A DNA stretch of 64,000 bases from Octopus bimaculoides (GCF_001194135.2 NC_069001.1:22518385-22582384), one strand, 5' to 3'. Shown: positions 37,440 through 52,302, numbered from the stretch's first letter. The notes: generated by a model from the sequence alone, not told the origin. Translations and numbers: made by a program.

Positions 37440-40400
37440 CACTAAGTCACTCATTTACTCTCTCATGAAGCCAATTCTTAACTACCCCACTAAATCCCTT
37501 GTTATCTCAATCACTAGCTCATCCATTGACTCACTAAGTAATTCTCTCACTAACTTTCAATCTCACTCAATTACATACTTACTAACTCCCACACCCACTC
37601 AGAAACTTGCTCGCAAACTCTCACAGAGATTGACTCACTAAATCTTGAACTAAGTCAATCACTAATTCTCATACAAAATCTCTTAATAACTCACTCATCT
37701 AACTCTCCTACTAAATAATTCACTAAATCTCTAAATAGCTCACTCACACTCTCACTTAATCACGCACAAACTCTCTAACCAACTCTCTCACTAATTCTCT
37801 TGCTAACTCATTAAATAACTCATTCCCTAATTCTCTCAATAACTAACCCACTAAATCACTCACTAACTCACTCGCTAAGTCTCTCATTTACTCACACACT
37901 AACTCACTCATTACATTTCTCTCTAATTCACTCATTAAATCTTCATCTAACTCAATCACTACTTCTCCTATTAACTCATATGCTAACTCACTCACTAAAT
38001 CTCTCTCTTACTCAATAACTAATTCTCTCATTAACTCACTCACTGACTCTCACTGTAACTCAGTCACCAACTCACTCACTGAATCTCTCTGTAACTAACT
38101 CATTAATTCCCTCACTAACTCACTCAGTAACTCTGTCATTAATGCACTCACTAACTCACACACTCACTAAATTTCTCTCTAACTCACACACTAACTCTTT
38201 CACTATTTCACTAACAAACACTCTCACTAACTCACTCACTAACTCTCTCACTAAATTTCTCATTAACTCACTCAATAATTCTAGCAGTAACTCACTCACT
38301 AAATATCTCACTAACTCACTCACCAATTATCTTGCAACATCACTGACTATCTTGCTCACGACTTCTCACATAGATTGACTCACTAACAAACTCTCTCACT
38401 GCCTCACTCAGTAACTCAGTAACTCCCTTACAAATACACCCACTAACTCTCTCACTAATTCACTAACTCACTCACTAAATTATCCACTAATACTTTCACA
38501 AACTCTCACTAATTCTTTCAAAAAATATCTCACTATCTCACTCAAAATTCTCCTGCAAAATCACTCACAAAATTTCTCACTATCACACTCACCATTTCCC
38601 TCACTAAACCTCTCACTTACTCATTCACTAAATCTCTAACTCACTCACCAATTCTCTCACACTCATGAAACCCGACATTAACATGCTGACTAATTCTCTT
38701 ACTAGTTTTATCAATACCTCTCTCAATAACTCACTCATTAAATTTCTCACTAATTCTCTCACTAACTCACTCACTAATTCGATCACTAACTCTATTAGTA
38801 ACTCACTCACTCACTAACTCACTCACCAATTCACTTACTAACTCACTCACTCACTAACTCACTCATTCACTAACTCACTCACTACATTACACACTAACTC
38901 ACTCCCTAAATCTCTAACTCATTCAATAATTCTCTGACTGACGCACTCATGAACTCCCTCACTAACAAATTCAATAATTTTCTCACCAATTCTCTCACTG
39001 TCTTACAATCTCACTTACAAGCTTTCTCACTATCTCTAACATTGATTAACTCACTATATCTCTAACTAATTCAAGCACTAATTTTCACACAAAATCTCTT
39101 ACCATCTCACGCACTAGCTCTCTCAATAACTCGCTAAATCTCTCACTAACTCATTCAGTTATTTTTCCACTAAATCACTCAATAACTCACACTTAATCAC
39201 TCAAAACATCTCTCACTAAATCACTCTCAAGATCTATCACTAGTGCTCTCACTAATTCTTTCATAAACTCTCTCACTGACTCATTCATTAAATCTCTAAA
39301 TACCTCAAATACCAATTCTCTCAGACTGCTTACTAAGTGATTCATTATATCTCTCACAAACTCACTCAATCACATACTCACTCACTCACTCACTCGCTCA
39401 ATCACACACTCACTCACTTGCTCAGTCACACACTCACTCACTTGCTCACTCACTCACTAATCTCCTCACTAAATCGCAATTTAAATCATTCACTATACCT
39501 CTCACAAAATTTCCCACAAACTCTGTCAATAACTCACTCATAAACTCTTTTATCGACTGACTTATTAATTGTCTCACTAACTCACTCACTAATTCTCACA
39601 CTAAATCATTCATTAAATCTCAAAATAACTTGTTTACTATTTCTTTCACAAACCTCTCTCACTAACTCACTCACTCATTAAATCTCTCACTAACTCAATC
39701 ACTAACTCTCTCACTAACTAAATCTTTAAATCTCCCCCTAACTCACACATGCATTCTCACACTGACTTTCACTAACTCCCTCAATAGCTCATTCATTCAC
39801 AAACTCTCTCACTAACTCTGTCATTTACTCACTCACCAACTCACTCACAAACACATTCACCACACTAACTAGCTCACACTAAGTCACTCACTAATTCTCT
39901 CAATAATTCAGTCATGAATTCTCTCAGTAACTCACTAACTCACAAAATAGACCACTGCCTAACTCACTCACTAATTCTCAAACATACTTACTAACTCTCT
40001 CTTTAACTCACTCACCAACTCACTCACATGATCTCTCTCAACGTCGCTCTCTAAATCTCTCTCAAACTCACTCACTAACATTTTTACTAGCTCATTAACT
40101 AACTCTCTCACTAACTCTCTTACTAACACACACTCTCTCTCTAACACTCTCACTAACTCACTCTTTAAATCTCTTACTAATTCTCTCCCTAACTCACACA
40201 CTAATTGACTCACTGATTCTTTCACTACTCACTCATTAATTCTCCAATCAAATCCCTCACTAACTCACTCACAAAATCCCTCTATATCTCACTCACTAAC
40301 TCTACGGATAGGTCACTCTTTAACTGTCTCACACACTAAATCTCTTTCTAACTCACCCACCAACTCTGTCATTATCTCACTCATTAACTCACTGTCTACT

Positions 40401-41850
40401 TACTCACTTATTCTTTTCCTGCCTTACCCATTAACTCACTCACTATTTCACTTAGTAACTCACTCAGTAACTCCCTTACTAACTCACTCTATCTCATTCC
40501 CTGACACTCACTAACTCACTCTTCAATTCTCTCACTATTTTACTCAGTAACTCACTCAACAACTCCTTCACTAAATCTCTCTCCAACTCACTCTCTAATT
40601 CTCTCACTAACTCACTAATTCTGTGTCTCATTCACTCAGTAATTCTCTCATTAACCCACTCTCTCACTCATTCATTCTCTAATTCTCTCACTAACTCATA
40701 TTAAATGTCATTTTTACTCACTAACTCTCTCATTATTTCACTGACTATCACTCACTAACAATCTCATTATTTCACTCACTAAATCTCTTACTAAATCACT
40801 CAGTAACTTTCACACTAAGCCACTCACTAATTCTCTCCCTTCCTTTCTCACCATCTCACTAATTCTCACACTAAGTCACTCCATAACTTTATCACTAATC
40901 CACTCTCTAACTCATTCACTAAATCACTCACTAGCTCTCTCATTGTCTCATTCACTAACTCTCTCACTAATTCTCCCCTAACTCTCTCATTATCAGACCT
41001 ACTTATTCTCTCACTACTCACTCACTATATCTCTCTCTCTTTACCTCACTCACTAACACTTTCTCTAACTCATTCTCTCACACACTCTCTCACTAATTCA
41101 CTCACTTTTTCTCTCAGTAATTCCCGGTTATAACTTTCTAACTAACTCTCTCACTAACTCACTCACTATGTCTCTCACAACTTCAATATCATTCCCATTT
41201 TCTCTCTCACTGACTCACTCACTAAATCTTCTACTAACTCACTGATTGATTCACTGATTACCTCATTATCTCTCTCACTATGTCATTCATTAATCTCTCA
41301 CTAGCTCACTCAGTAGTTTTCTCATTATGTCACTCTTTAAATCACTCATTAACAATCTCACTAACTCTTCCACTGCATCACAGTATGTCACTCATTATCT
41401 CACTTTTTGTATTACTCATTAACTGTCTCACTAAGCCACTTTCTTATCTCTCTCACAAACTCACTCTCTAACTCACTCACTAATTCATTAACTCTCTTAC
41501 TAAATCAGTCACTAACCCTTTCACTAACTCACTCACTGTCTAACTCAGTAACTCACTCACCAACTCTCCTCCCAACCCACTCACTTGCTAACTCACTCCT
41601 TAGTCACTAACCCTCTCTCTCACTGATGCACTCACAAACTTCCTCCCAATCGAACTCACTTACTCGCTTACTCACTAATTCATTAACTCCCTCACTAAAT
41701 CAATCCCTAATTCACTCACTTACTCACTCACTCACCCAGTCACTAACTCCCTCACTCCCTAACTCTATATCTCACTAACTCTCTCACTCTATTACTCATG
41801 CACTTTCCTACTGACTCATTAACTCACTGACCCATTATCTAACTAACTAT
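37440..41850. repeat. 4.4 kb degenerate satellite based on CTCACTAA/ACTAACTCACTC units, strongly G-poor on + strand
   Basis: Continuous variants of ctcactaactcactc and actaattctctc; gives LTNS/ELVRELV pseudo-ORFs. Confidence 0.9.
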
Positions 41851-41984
41851 TTGCCTGCCTGAGTAACTTTCTGCTAGTACAGTGATGTAAACTATACAGT
41901 AACTATACATGTGTGGTCATTTAGGTTTGCTACACGGTTTATTCAACCAATTGGGATAATTGACTTCTGCCTGATTGTTTAGAG

Positions 41985-42200
41985 ACCTTTATTACTTGCA
42001 AAATCGTTAGCACGCCGGGCAAAATGTTTAGCGGTATTTCGTCCGTCTTTACGTTCTGAGTTCAAATTCTGCTGAGGTCGACTTTGCCTTCCATCCTTTC
42101 GAGGTTGATTAAATAAGTACCAGTGGAGCACTGGGGGCCATGTAATCGACTTAGCCCCTTTTCAAAACTGCTGGCTTGTGCCAAAATTTAAAACCATTAT
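41985..42200 (+). mobile_element. SINE family B
   Basis: aatcgttagcacgccgggcaaaatgtttagcggtatttcgtccgtctttacgttctgagttcaaattc. Confidence 0.9.
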
Positions 42201-42408
42201 TATTATGTTCATATGATCTGTCGAAGTTAAAAACAAAATGGAGAATATAAAGCCACGTGCATTTCGTTTAGATTTCCTGTAGTATACTTTTATGATTTTA
42301 TGTGCAGGTGTGCATTTCGTTATTCGATTGAGTGTTCAGTTCTTATGTTGTTATGTATTCGTGTGTGTTTCTGTGCATTGTGTCTCTACATGTGTGCATG
42401 GGAAGGTG

Positions 42409-42481
<73 letters not shown>

Positions 42482-44871
42482 GGGGAGGCAATGTTATTAA
42501 GTTATTTGTTGAAATTTCCAAAACCAATGTGGAATGTTAATAAAATAAATTAAATAAAGCTTCAAATAAAGATCTGTGTTTAAAATTTCTCCCGAGATAT
42601 ATTTTATGTGTTGTTGATAATTGTATTAAGCCTATTTTATATGTATGTTATATGCATATATATACATGTGTGTGTGTACGTATCTTTGCAAGTAACACTT
42701 TGAGCACGAAGGTGTGTATGAAGGCGTGCGCGTGTGTGCACATATGTAACTGTGGATGTTAGTATATTTAATAATTTAGAATCTAGGATTTTGGATTTTT
42801 CAAAAGTATAAGAGAAAATTGAAGAAAAATGATTTTCAATAGAATTTTTAAGTCTCTGCAAATGTTTACATTATATAGTATATCTGTATAATTCTATTTA
42901 ATATACAACAGCATAGTTTTGATGAGTTAGTGTGTGATTTAATCTATGTGTTCCTTAGAGTATGTTGTGTGTTTGTGCAAGTGTCGATATGTGTGCATTT
43001 GTGCTTTTGTGTGCACGGGCGAATGATTATGTAAGAGTATAAATGTGTTAGTATGGACGCGTATGTTTTGTGTTTGAAAGTGTGCATGCGCATACCTCGT
43101 AATTTATGCTTGGATTTCTGGTTCTTTAGAAAATATAGGGTTTTATTTATTAAAGTCATGTCTAAATGAATGGGGGAAATTAAAGATTCTTAAGGTAGGT
43201 AATTGTTGTAAAGTGGGTTCCTCCCACTGGTGTGATGTGTGACTGCCGTTGTACTGTAGTTGCTGTTTTACACTAGTAGCCACAATAGTTACTAATCATT
43301 GGATACCGTTGTATCTCTTCATACCAGAATAGTAATACACTAATGTCTTCAGTCTTGCTATTGCTGATAGCTCCACAAGACACCGACTAGAACTGTCAAC
43401 TGTCAACTCATCGACTCTCGACACTCCCTTAATGACCAGCTACTGGCTGTCTCCTACCACTTTTTACTGGGAGGGGTTTAGGACTACAGTTACACTATAC
43501 AACAGTAATTTATAACATGTATAATATACTTCAATGTAATATACAGTGGTGTAGCATGGATTAGAAATCGCGTTTTACTATACACGAGTTTGAAATCACA
43601 ATTCAGTTATGGTTTGATAATGTGCGCAATTGATATCATGTCAAATCAACGGTTGTTGTTCACGTGATAGTTCTGTGTTCCGTTTGGAACTTTCCGTCAG
43701 CAAATCTTTTAAATACTGTTAATAAAAGCACTAAGTTCGCAGAGTGTCAAGACTTCCGAACCGGTATGACAATCAAAACTCAATTTTAGTGTGTCTTGGG
43801 GTCGAGCTTCGAATTATGCTACCTCTATAGCTGTTCTAACGGCTGCATATTCAATTGGGGATATCGAAGACGATATGACAGGGAAACTGTACGTACGATT
43901 AATATGTAAAAACCAGCCCAAGGGTTAAACTTCAAACAGACATTTTCCTTGCTTGTTATATTATACTATTTACACTTTACTGTTTCCATAGAACATCTTT
44001 TCATATTTATGAACATCTTTTCATATAAATGCAACACAATAAACTACGTTGAAATGCTTACGCAATGTTGTGAAATAACTAGACGAAATTTTCTGTTAAT
44101 CAGGTTTTACATGTGAACAGCACACAGCCTAAACGATATCCACATACCCATCAGTCACAGTTACAGCAGTTTACAGCAAATGATAGCAGTACAAATTTCA
44201 GATTTACGGTTCAAGGGCGAATTTTTACGGAAATTTTTGAAGCCATGTAAATTGCAAAGAATTTTAAGACATGAGTTAACGTACATGAACGTCTTATTTA
44301 TTTGAGTGTGTGCGTGCTTTGTATATATGTCCGTAAGTGTATGTGAGCGTGTGTGTTATTTCTTTATGTGGAGTTTTAGAAAACATGATGGATATCAAAT
44401 TAGCGATTCACATATAATGGTATTCTTTTTTCAGGGATGTAGGGAACAGCTAAATAAAATAATGAATAAATTTGCTCGAAACATTTGGGCTCATGTAATA
44501 CACATAGCTGAAATGCATTACGCTGTCACGGGATTAGTTAAAGGGAAAAGCGAAGAGCAAGAGAGGAGTGAACGTAATAGCTTTTACGTGGTTAAAAACT
44601 CAGTTGAAGGAAGTGATATAGAGAAAGAGACTCAGAAAAAGGATGCTTAAAGAGGGGATGATATTCTGGTGTTTTTTAAAATCTGTTATTCGAACTTTAT
44701 ATTGACAGCAACAGTTACTAAAACACCATAATGATGGTGGTGGTGGTGGTGAATTGTGAAATGTGTAGATTTTCTTTAAAGTGAATTTTTTTATATTACC
44801 TGTCACTTAGCACATGCGCATAAGTGCAATTATTTATCGTCTGCTCGCTTGAAAATTGTTATTTGTTTATA

Positions 44872-44905
44872 TACTGGGTTGGTGCATAATTATTGCGGCT
44901 TTTTT
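44872..44905 (+). mobile_element. Mariner-type terminal inverted repeat preceded by TA
   Basis: TA-ctgggttggtgcataattattgcggcttttt resembles the Hsmar1/MADE1-type TIR (ttaggttggtgcaaaagtaattgcggtttt); no partner TIR found. Confidence 0.6.
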
Positions 44906-46229
44906 TCAACAAATTATACCAATCAGCAGACGTCATCGACTAATATACTTAGGCTTGTATCTGGCACGATTACAGACACACTAAATATCTTGTTTCCTGT
45001 TTAATGACCTAAGTTTATCATCGGTAAGTGTATCACTGTTCTTTGTTTAGATGTTGATTAGGATTTTGGAAGAGGCACTCATATTACTTCCTCTCATAGG
45101 TTCATTCGTGCATGTCGACTTGGATATCTGACAACTGTGTCTAAGAAACAAGAAAGATGAAACACGAAGTCGATCCAGACGTGATTCAAGCTCATGTTGT
45201 TCTCCACTCTGAGGATTCTTCTAGTCTACCGTCCTTTCCAGCTCACACCTCCTCTACTTGACAATTAAATAATTATTTTTTAAAAAAATGTTTTATTTTA
45301 TATTTCTTTTAGGAAAATCTTAATGTGTGATTGTTTAGTTGATCAGGAGACATCACACTTAAAACTGATTATCTCTACTTGATTTCGACAGGGGTAAGTT
45401 TCACAATATCTTTCACTTATCATTTATTTTGATTCAAATTCAGACAGCTCTGCGGGGAATATCGTTGTTAAGTGTTTGTAGAATATAGAAAAAAAAAAAA
45501 AGAAAAAAGAATAAAACTTCTGATCAGATACCAGATATAAGTAAACTTTTCTGCCTAAGTAATCGTATATCAGGTTTAAAACAGACACATACATAAACAC
45601 AGGGATACATAAACGCACACGCAAAATCACATGTATTACATTCGTGCCTGTTTGTTTCTTAAAAAAAATAATTCTGAGACTATTTTTTTTAATGTTGGTT
45701 CATTTCAACACATTTAGAAGTGTTGCTTTATTTCAGTAAATTTTATTTTTAGGCTAGTTTAAAGATTTAAAATTCTGTATTTTTCTTTAAAATAAACAAA
45801 TAGTTACAATTCAGATGTTTCAATTACCTTCTTTGAGAAATCCTTACAAATGTGTTATTTTTTTATTCTTCATATTATAATCTTCAGGCAGCGGTTTTGG
45901 TAATTATTTATAATTTATACTGTCTTAGTAAATTTAAGAGACAAGTTTCATGATAAACAACTAACACACACATACATAAACATACACGCAAATAATATAA
46001 TTACACATAGACACACATACACACTCACACACACACTTACACACATAAACACAAATTATAGGTACACACGTATATACAAAAAAACCATACATGCACAAGC
46101 GCGTGTGTACTTAGTATTTACATGTCATATATAGCAAGTAAATAAGTAAAAAAAATATCTATACACACATAATCATATGTTTATTGAAATTGATAACCTG
46201 TACAATTTTGTTATATGAAATTGTGATGT

Positions 46230-46550
46230 GAAATGCAGATGACACTAGAGTTTCCATTGGTGCAATGAAAACTGAGTGCATACATTGTAAAGCAAGGAAG
46301 TGGGCTGGAAAGACACCTGTACTCCCCAGAGCCACTGAAGAAACTGTTGTCATCAACTGACCAAGATTCGAAGCACTTACAAAGCAAAATTAGACAATAC
46401 AACGCTGCACTACAGATGACATCATTTGAAGCCACAAGAAATTCAACTGAGCCAGGATTCATGCAAACTTTCAAGATCTAAGGTCAGATTTATCATCGGA
46501 TTGGTTCTCTACTTCCTCTCTCAAAAGAATCACCAAAATTGGCCTTTCAT
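46230..46550 (+). mobile_element. Helitron Rep/helicase N-terminal fragment
   Basis: IGAMKTECIHCKARKWAGKTP (frameshift) PEPLKKLLSSTDQDSKHLQSKIRQYNAALQMTSFEATRNSTEPGFMQTFKI*GQIYHRIGSLLP, matching the Helitron YNxxFQMTSFG...FKIQGQIYHxIGSLLP pattern. Confidence 0.85.
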
Positions 46551-46643
46551 TGTTTATAATCTGTGTCTGTGTTTTGGTTATGAAATACACTACACAAACG
46601 TGTTTTTGAATTTCTTGTATTTACTTTCTATATATATATATAA

Positions 46644-46827
46644 GAGTTGAAAACTTTCTCTTAACATTTCACTTAACGTCTGTGTTCCATGCTGACATGG
46701 GTTGGAGGGTTATTAATCTACAAAGCTGGTATCTCAGCTACTAGCAGTTGAGACCTGCGTAATCTAGACGGCGTTTTTTAATTTCATTATTTCCTTTAAT
46801 CCGGGCAATGCCGGGTATATCTGCTAG
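46644..46827 (+). mobile_element. Non-autonomous Helitron-like repeat, copy 2
   Basis: Close copy of 29905-30088; ends ccgggcaatgccggg tatatctg CTAG|t. Confidence 0.65.
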
Positions 46828-46969
46828 TGTTTTTATGTGGAGACATATTCTAGGAAGCTACATTCTGTAAATTTCAGTTGCAAAAACTGATAAGTTAATG
46901 CATTCGTATTGTTTAGCATGTTGAAGATATCCTTTTGTTGGTATTGAAACTAAACCATTTTCCCCCAAA

Positions 46970-47700
46970 TACTAGATTTGTCTAAGGGTAATGTTCTGTT
47001 GTACACTTCAAATAATGAGTCACAGAATGTCTCTAATTTTCATTATGTCAATGGTATATTGTCAAGACTTGTGCTTTGACATTTGGATGCTACCTGATGC
47101 AACTCTTCTCCAACAGCATGTGTTGTTGTTTAGTAGTTTCCCAAGTAGGTTAGAGAAGTGCTCTACCTATCTTTTAATTCGGGTTTCAGGAAGATTTGCC
47201 AATAGTTTTCCTCTTACGCTCCACCCGAGACAACATTGTTGCTTTCTAAAGAATTTAGGATTATAGATAAGCTTTATGCTCCTGCTGTACAGGTTTCGTT
47301 TAGTCGTTCTTTTTCATTTTCCAATACTGCATTGTTAGCTTTCGTGATTTTACATTTTTACATATTTCCCTTCTGTTCTCTTTCCTTAATTGTTTTTCTT
47401 GCTTTTCCTTTGCTGCTGCTGCATTTTCATATGCATATATAATGTTATTGCAAATGGAGTTGGCATTTTTGACATCATCTAAAGCATGTAATATTACGAG
47501 GTGATGTTTGACATGACATACATGAAATACGCTTGCATCAGTAGTAAATTTCATCCAGTCATAAAATAGTCTATATTTTTTCCAAGTTCGTCTTTATTTT
47601 TTAGTTCACCTTCAGCTTTCTTGTCATAAATAGACGGTTCAGAACTGACAGTCAAAAATGAGTTTCAGGCTTTGCAGTCTATAGTCCAATTTTTATTTAT
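46970..47700 (-). mobile_element. Heavily decayed RTE-like LINE, endonuclease-RT linker region
   Basis: Minus frames give RIKR*VEHFSNLLG and SLDNIPL..KLE.F....EVYN, resembling WKEHFxNLL and GxDxIP motifs. Confidence 0.5.
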
Positions 47701-47878
47701 AAAAAAAAATATTTGTTGTTACTAGGATGTGATCCAGTAAGGCGCTGCCATCGTTTGGCTATGTAAAAGTTCACAGCTTACCATTTCTCTTTGTGTATTG
47801 TACTCTCAAATACTTACAGGGATGCACACTCTAACACATACACAGACATTCACGTGCGCGTGCTCGCACATGCACACA

Positions 47879-47970
<92 letters not shown>

Positions 47971-48830
47971 TCTATGTTTCTACATGTATATATATTTTCA
48001 AGAAAATGTTTGACAATGACATTGCATTTTCTTTGGACACCAGCTACATTAGGCAATCCGAGAAAGCTGAGTCACAGCAAAACTTTGAAGTTACTGTCAG
48101 CTGACCGTTTGCTTGTAAGAAGCATTTGATAATCTATTTAAATTTAATGTTTGTCTTCTATCTATGGTTGTACATTATTGCATGCCTTCACATCATATTA
48201 TTGCCATTGAGCCTCACGCTATTTACTCAGGAATATCCAGAATTGCATTATTTAATGCCCTTTTATTAGTTTTAAAACGCGAAGATCTCATTTGAGATAG
48301 TTTTGGTAGCTATTTCTAGCACATCAAGTGAGTATGTAGGGGCTTCCGGTTATGAAATTGTTACAAGAGCATTCTTTGCAGCCAGCAAACTATTCTGACG
48401 GACAGAATTTAATTATAGTTTTTAAAACAAACAGCTCTTTCAATTGTTTAATCCAATTTAATATTCATATATCTAAAGGGCAGTGAATTCAAAATCAGTA
48501 GAGCACTAAAGAATATGCCTGGTGGCACTGAGTTATATCCCTTCATATTGATAGTTTAAATCTCATCATGGCCTAGGGGGGGGGTCTATAAAATAAAGTG
48601 TCTGTCAATTATTGAAGGTTATTTAAGTTAATCTTGAATCCCATTTCTCCCCTCAAAATGCAAGGGTTTGCCAGTGGTTCAAATCAATATTTTTATTTCT
48701 GTAAAAGCAAATTTATCGTGATGCTTAAATGTCACAATAATATTTTATTTCAATGATCCCTGTAATATAAAACTGAGTATTATAAAATAGCATAATAATA
48801 TAGCAAACTACAACAGAGTAAGTGCATATT

Positions 48831-49231
48831 CTTTTCTACTTTAGGCACAAGGCCCGAAATTTTGGGGCAGGGGGGTGGCAGTCGATTAGATCGATCCCAG
48901 TACTCAACTGGTACTTAATTTATCGATTCCGAGAGGATGAAAGGCAAAGTTGACCTCGGCGGAATTTGAACTCAGAACGTAAAGACAAATGAAATACTTA
49001 TTTCTTTATTGCCCACAAGGGGCTAAACATAGAGGGGACAAACAAGGACAGACAAACGGATTAAGTCGATTACATCGACCCCAGTGCGTAAGTGATACTT
49101 AATTTATCGACCCCGAAAGGATGAAAGGCAAAGTCGACCTTGACGGAATTTGAACTCAGAACATAAAGACAAATGAAATACCGCTAAGCATTTCGCCCGG
49201 CGTGCTAACGATTCTGCCAGCTCACCGCCTT
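48831..49231 (-). mobile_element. Dimeric SINE family B with 16 bp target-site duplication
   Basis: agagtaagtgcatatt (48815-48830) and agagtaagtgtatatt (49232-49247) flank a full unit joined to a headless second unit. Confidence 0.85.
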
Positions 49232-49289
49232 AGAGTAAGTGTATATTATCAAGTCTATATAATGTAAAGGAATTTAATTATAGCCGATA

Positions 49290-49490
49290 GAAAGGCGGTG
49301 AATTGCGGAATCGGACAAAATGTTTAGCGGCATTTCGCCCTTCTTTACGTTCTGAGTTCAAATTCCGCCAAGGTCAACTTTTCCTTTCATCCTTTCGGGG
49401 TCGATAAAAAAAGTACCAATTGAGCGCTGGTGTTGATGTAATCGAATTACTTCTTCCCAAAAATTTTAGGCCTTTCACCTACAGCTGAAA
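49290..49490 (+). mobile_element. SINE family B
   Basis: aaggcggtga..ttagcggcatttcgccc..tacgttctgagttcaaattccgccaaggtcaac. Confidence 0.85.
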
Positions 49491-50974
49491 GGATAATAGC
49501 TGAAATATTTCTTAAAAGCGGAAACCTGCTGGTTACACACTTTACACGCAGACACGGCAGTAATGAAGTTCAATTTACGTTCATGTAATTTCAGATTCAA
49601 TTCTGTTATGTGATTCCTTGGGGCTTGTGTCATTTACCAAAGCCGGTGCCACTATAACTTGCGTTGTACCTCACCATTTACACTTTGCTGTGCAGTCTAT
49701 CTGGCTATTTACACATTAACGTGTCCTCTAACTCTAACTGTAAAGCCACAACAGGTCATTTCACAGCGTTGACCACGGAAACTTCGGAAGCCACCATAGC
49801 CAAGTGCATCAGTTATTATTGGCATGAATGCAAATTCATAATCTGGATGTAGAAGCTGCAAGTTTCGAAGCAGTTATACATGGCTATCTTCTTTGATTTT
49901 CAAAGAGATTTTCACATCAGTTTCTGCAAGAGAGCTGACCTTTATGACGCTACATACTTTTTCTTGTTTGCTGAAAGAACATGCGTGCACCACACGCACG
50001 CGCATACACGCACACGCGTACACGCACACACACACGCATTCGCGCGCAAACACACACACACGTGTATCACTGCATTTCTGTATGCATATATATATTCTTG
50101 TCCCATAACATCGAACAGGTGTGATTATTTATATCTTTGTCTGATATTAACGAACAGGTGCGAATGAAATAAGTACCAGACTTTGGAAAATAAGCAATGA
50201 TCAACTTAAACGGCGAAGGAGATGCTTCAGTATGGCTGTAGCCCGAACGCTGAGTCCAGTAAAAAGTCTACAGAAGTAGATTCAAAATCTTATGATTTCA
50301 ACATATTTCAATTTTCAGAAATATATTCTCATGGAGTTCCTTTTATTTTTTCAAGACTATATAACACTACGCTCTCAGACACGCACATACATAAACGCTC
50401 ACATTCAGTCATCACACTCACGCACACTACACACACGTGTATATAGGCATCTATACATGTACACATATACACACATACATATATACACGCATATATAAAT
50501 GTACACACACACATGCACATATATATATACACACACATAGAGACACATCATGCACAAATATATTTGGGTTATTTAATTCTTATGATCATTAAATAGAAAA
50601 TTACGTTATAGTCTTAAATATTAACTTTCATATATATTCATGGTAACACACACATTAACATTCATATTTGATATATAATAATACAACAGAGCATTCTATG
50701 ACTTCTTATGCTATGTTGGTTATGAGCGTATTTCCTTTGAACTTCTTATGTCATCAAAACAAATAATCTATATTAAGGAGCGTCGTTTGTACAGCCAGAT
50801 GTACAGGAAGTGGCATATTAATGAGATTTCCAAAGTAAAGTCCTTTGAAAATTTTAATCCAACAACTATTTTATTCCTAATATCAATTTCACTGACTGAT
50901 TGCCCATTTACTCACCATTAGCCCTCCATCAAGCAATATATAAACCTATTTAAACATATATATATATATATGTG

Positions 50975-51005
<31 letters not shown>

Positions 51006-52302
51006 NNNNNNNNNNNNNNNNNNNNNNNNNNNNNNNNNNNNNNNNNNNNNNNNNNNNNNNNNNNNNNNNNNNNNNNNNNNNNNNNNNNNNNNNNNNNNNN
51101 NNNNNNNNNNNNNNNNNNNNNNNNNNNNNNNNNNNNNNNNNNNNNNNNNNNNNNNNNNNNNNNNNNNNNNNNNNNNNNNNNNNNNNNNNNNNNNNNNNNN
51201 NNNNNNNNNNNNNNNNNNNNNNNNNNNNNNNNNNNNNNNNNNNNNNNNNNNNNNNNNNNNNNNNNNNNNNNNNNNNNNNNNNNNNNNNNNNNNNNNNNNN
51301 NNNNNNNNNNNNNNNNNNNNNNNNNNNNNNNNNNNNNNNNNNNNNNNNNNNNNNNNNNNNNNNATATATATATATACACGTGCGCTCGCACCCCTTACAC
51401 ACATATATATTTGAACGAATGATATACGATGCGTTATAAAAATCTATTAATAAGCAACTTTATGTAAAGTTTAAACAATCAAATGAAAACTTATATTAAG
51501 AAATACAAAAGCACATCATAGTGTGAAATGCTTTGTTCTCATACAACCATGAAATCTTCATGCAAATAATAAAAACTATCCGACGAATCGTAAAAATAGG
51601 TTCATATAGGCTTCAAAAAACTAAATGGTTTCCTTTATTAGCAAAAAGCGGGGGCAGTCTTTAATAGTGAGGTCAGACATCTTACAATAGTGCACTGGGG
51701 GAAAATTAGCATGCTCATACTTCAATATTAGTATGTTACTTGACAAACATAAAAAGCCATGTGATATACTGAACTAACAACGGAATGTGTGCACAGCTGT
51801 TTGACCTGCTGGAAGCAGTATACAAATCTCCCTCAGATAAGAACCAATGGTCTTGAAAGGGGAAAAAGAAAAAAGAATTCATTGCATAGTCCCGATCGTG
51901 CTAAAAGTCTTAAACACCCCTATAAAGTGATAACCTCTTATTAAAACGATTAAATGTAAAAGTCCCAACTTAACTGCTCGGCATGCTAGAAATAATAGCC
52001 ATATCTCGCAGAAAATAAACCCTACGGTATTCAAGAAGGGACACGTTAGGGTATATAGTTTTAGATACCTTTAAAGTAATTAATAGTCATCGCTGGAATA
52101 CTGTGGGGCATGGTTTTGCTCAATTAAGGTTGCTTGAATCTAGTCAAGAATATCAAAAACTAATTTGATGTACTTTCATAGGATTGCCCTTTATCCGTCT
52201 GTTTAAAGGTCTTTTTACGAAAGATGAAAATGCCAAAATTCTGCATGTTGCCCTCGTAACGAAAAAAACCCAAAAAACTTGAAGCTAAAATGTAAAAATA
52301 TA

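Noticed and set aside
37440-41850. LTNS / ELVRELV ORFs, and the idea of an interstitial telomere
   Set aside because: The ORFs are satellite translations; the unit lacks the GGG runs of TTAGGG.
43204-43503. Solo LTR candidate (TGT...ACA)
   Set aside because: No target-site duplication and no second copy or primer-binding site.
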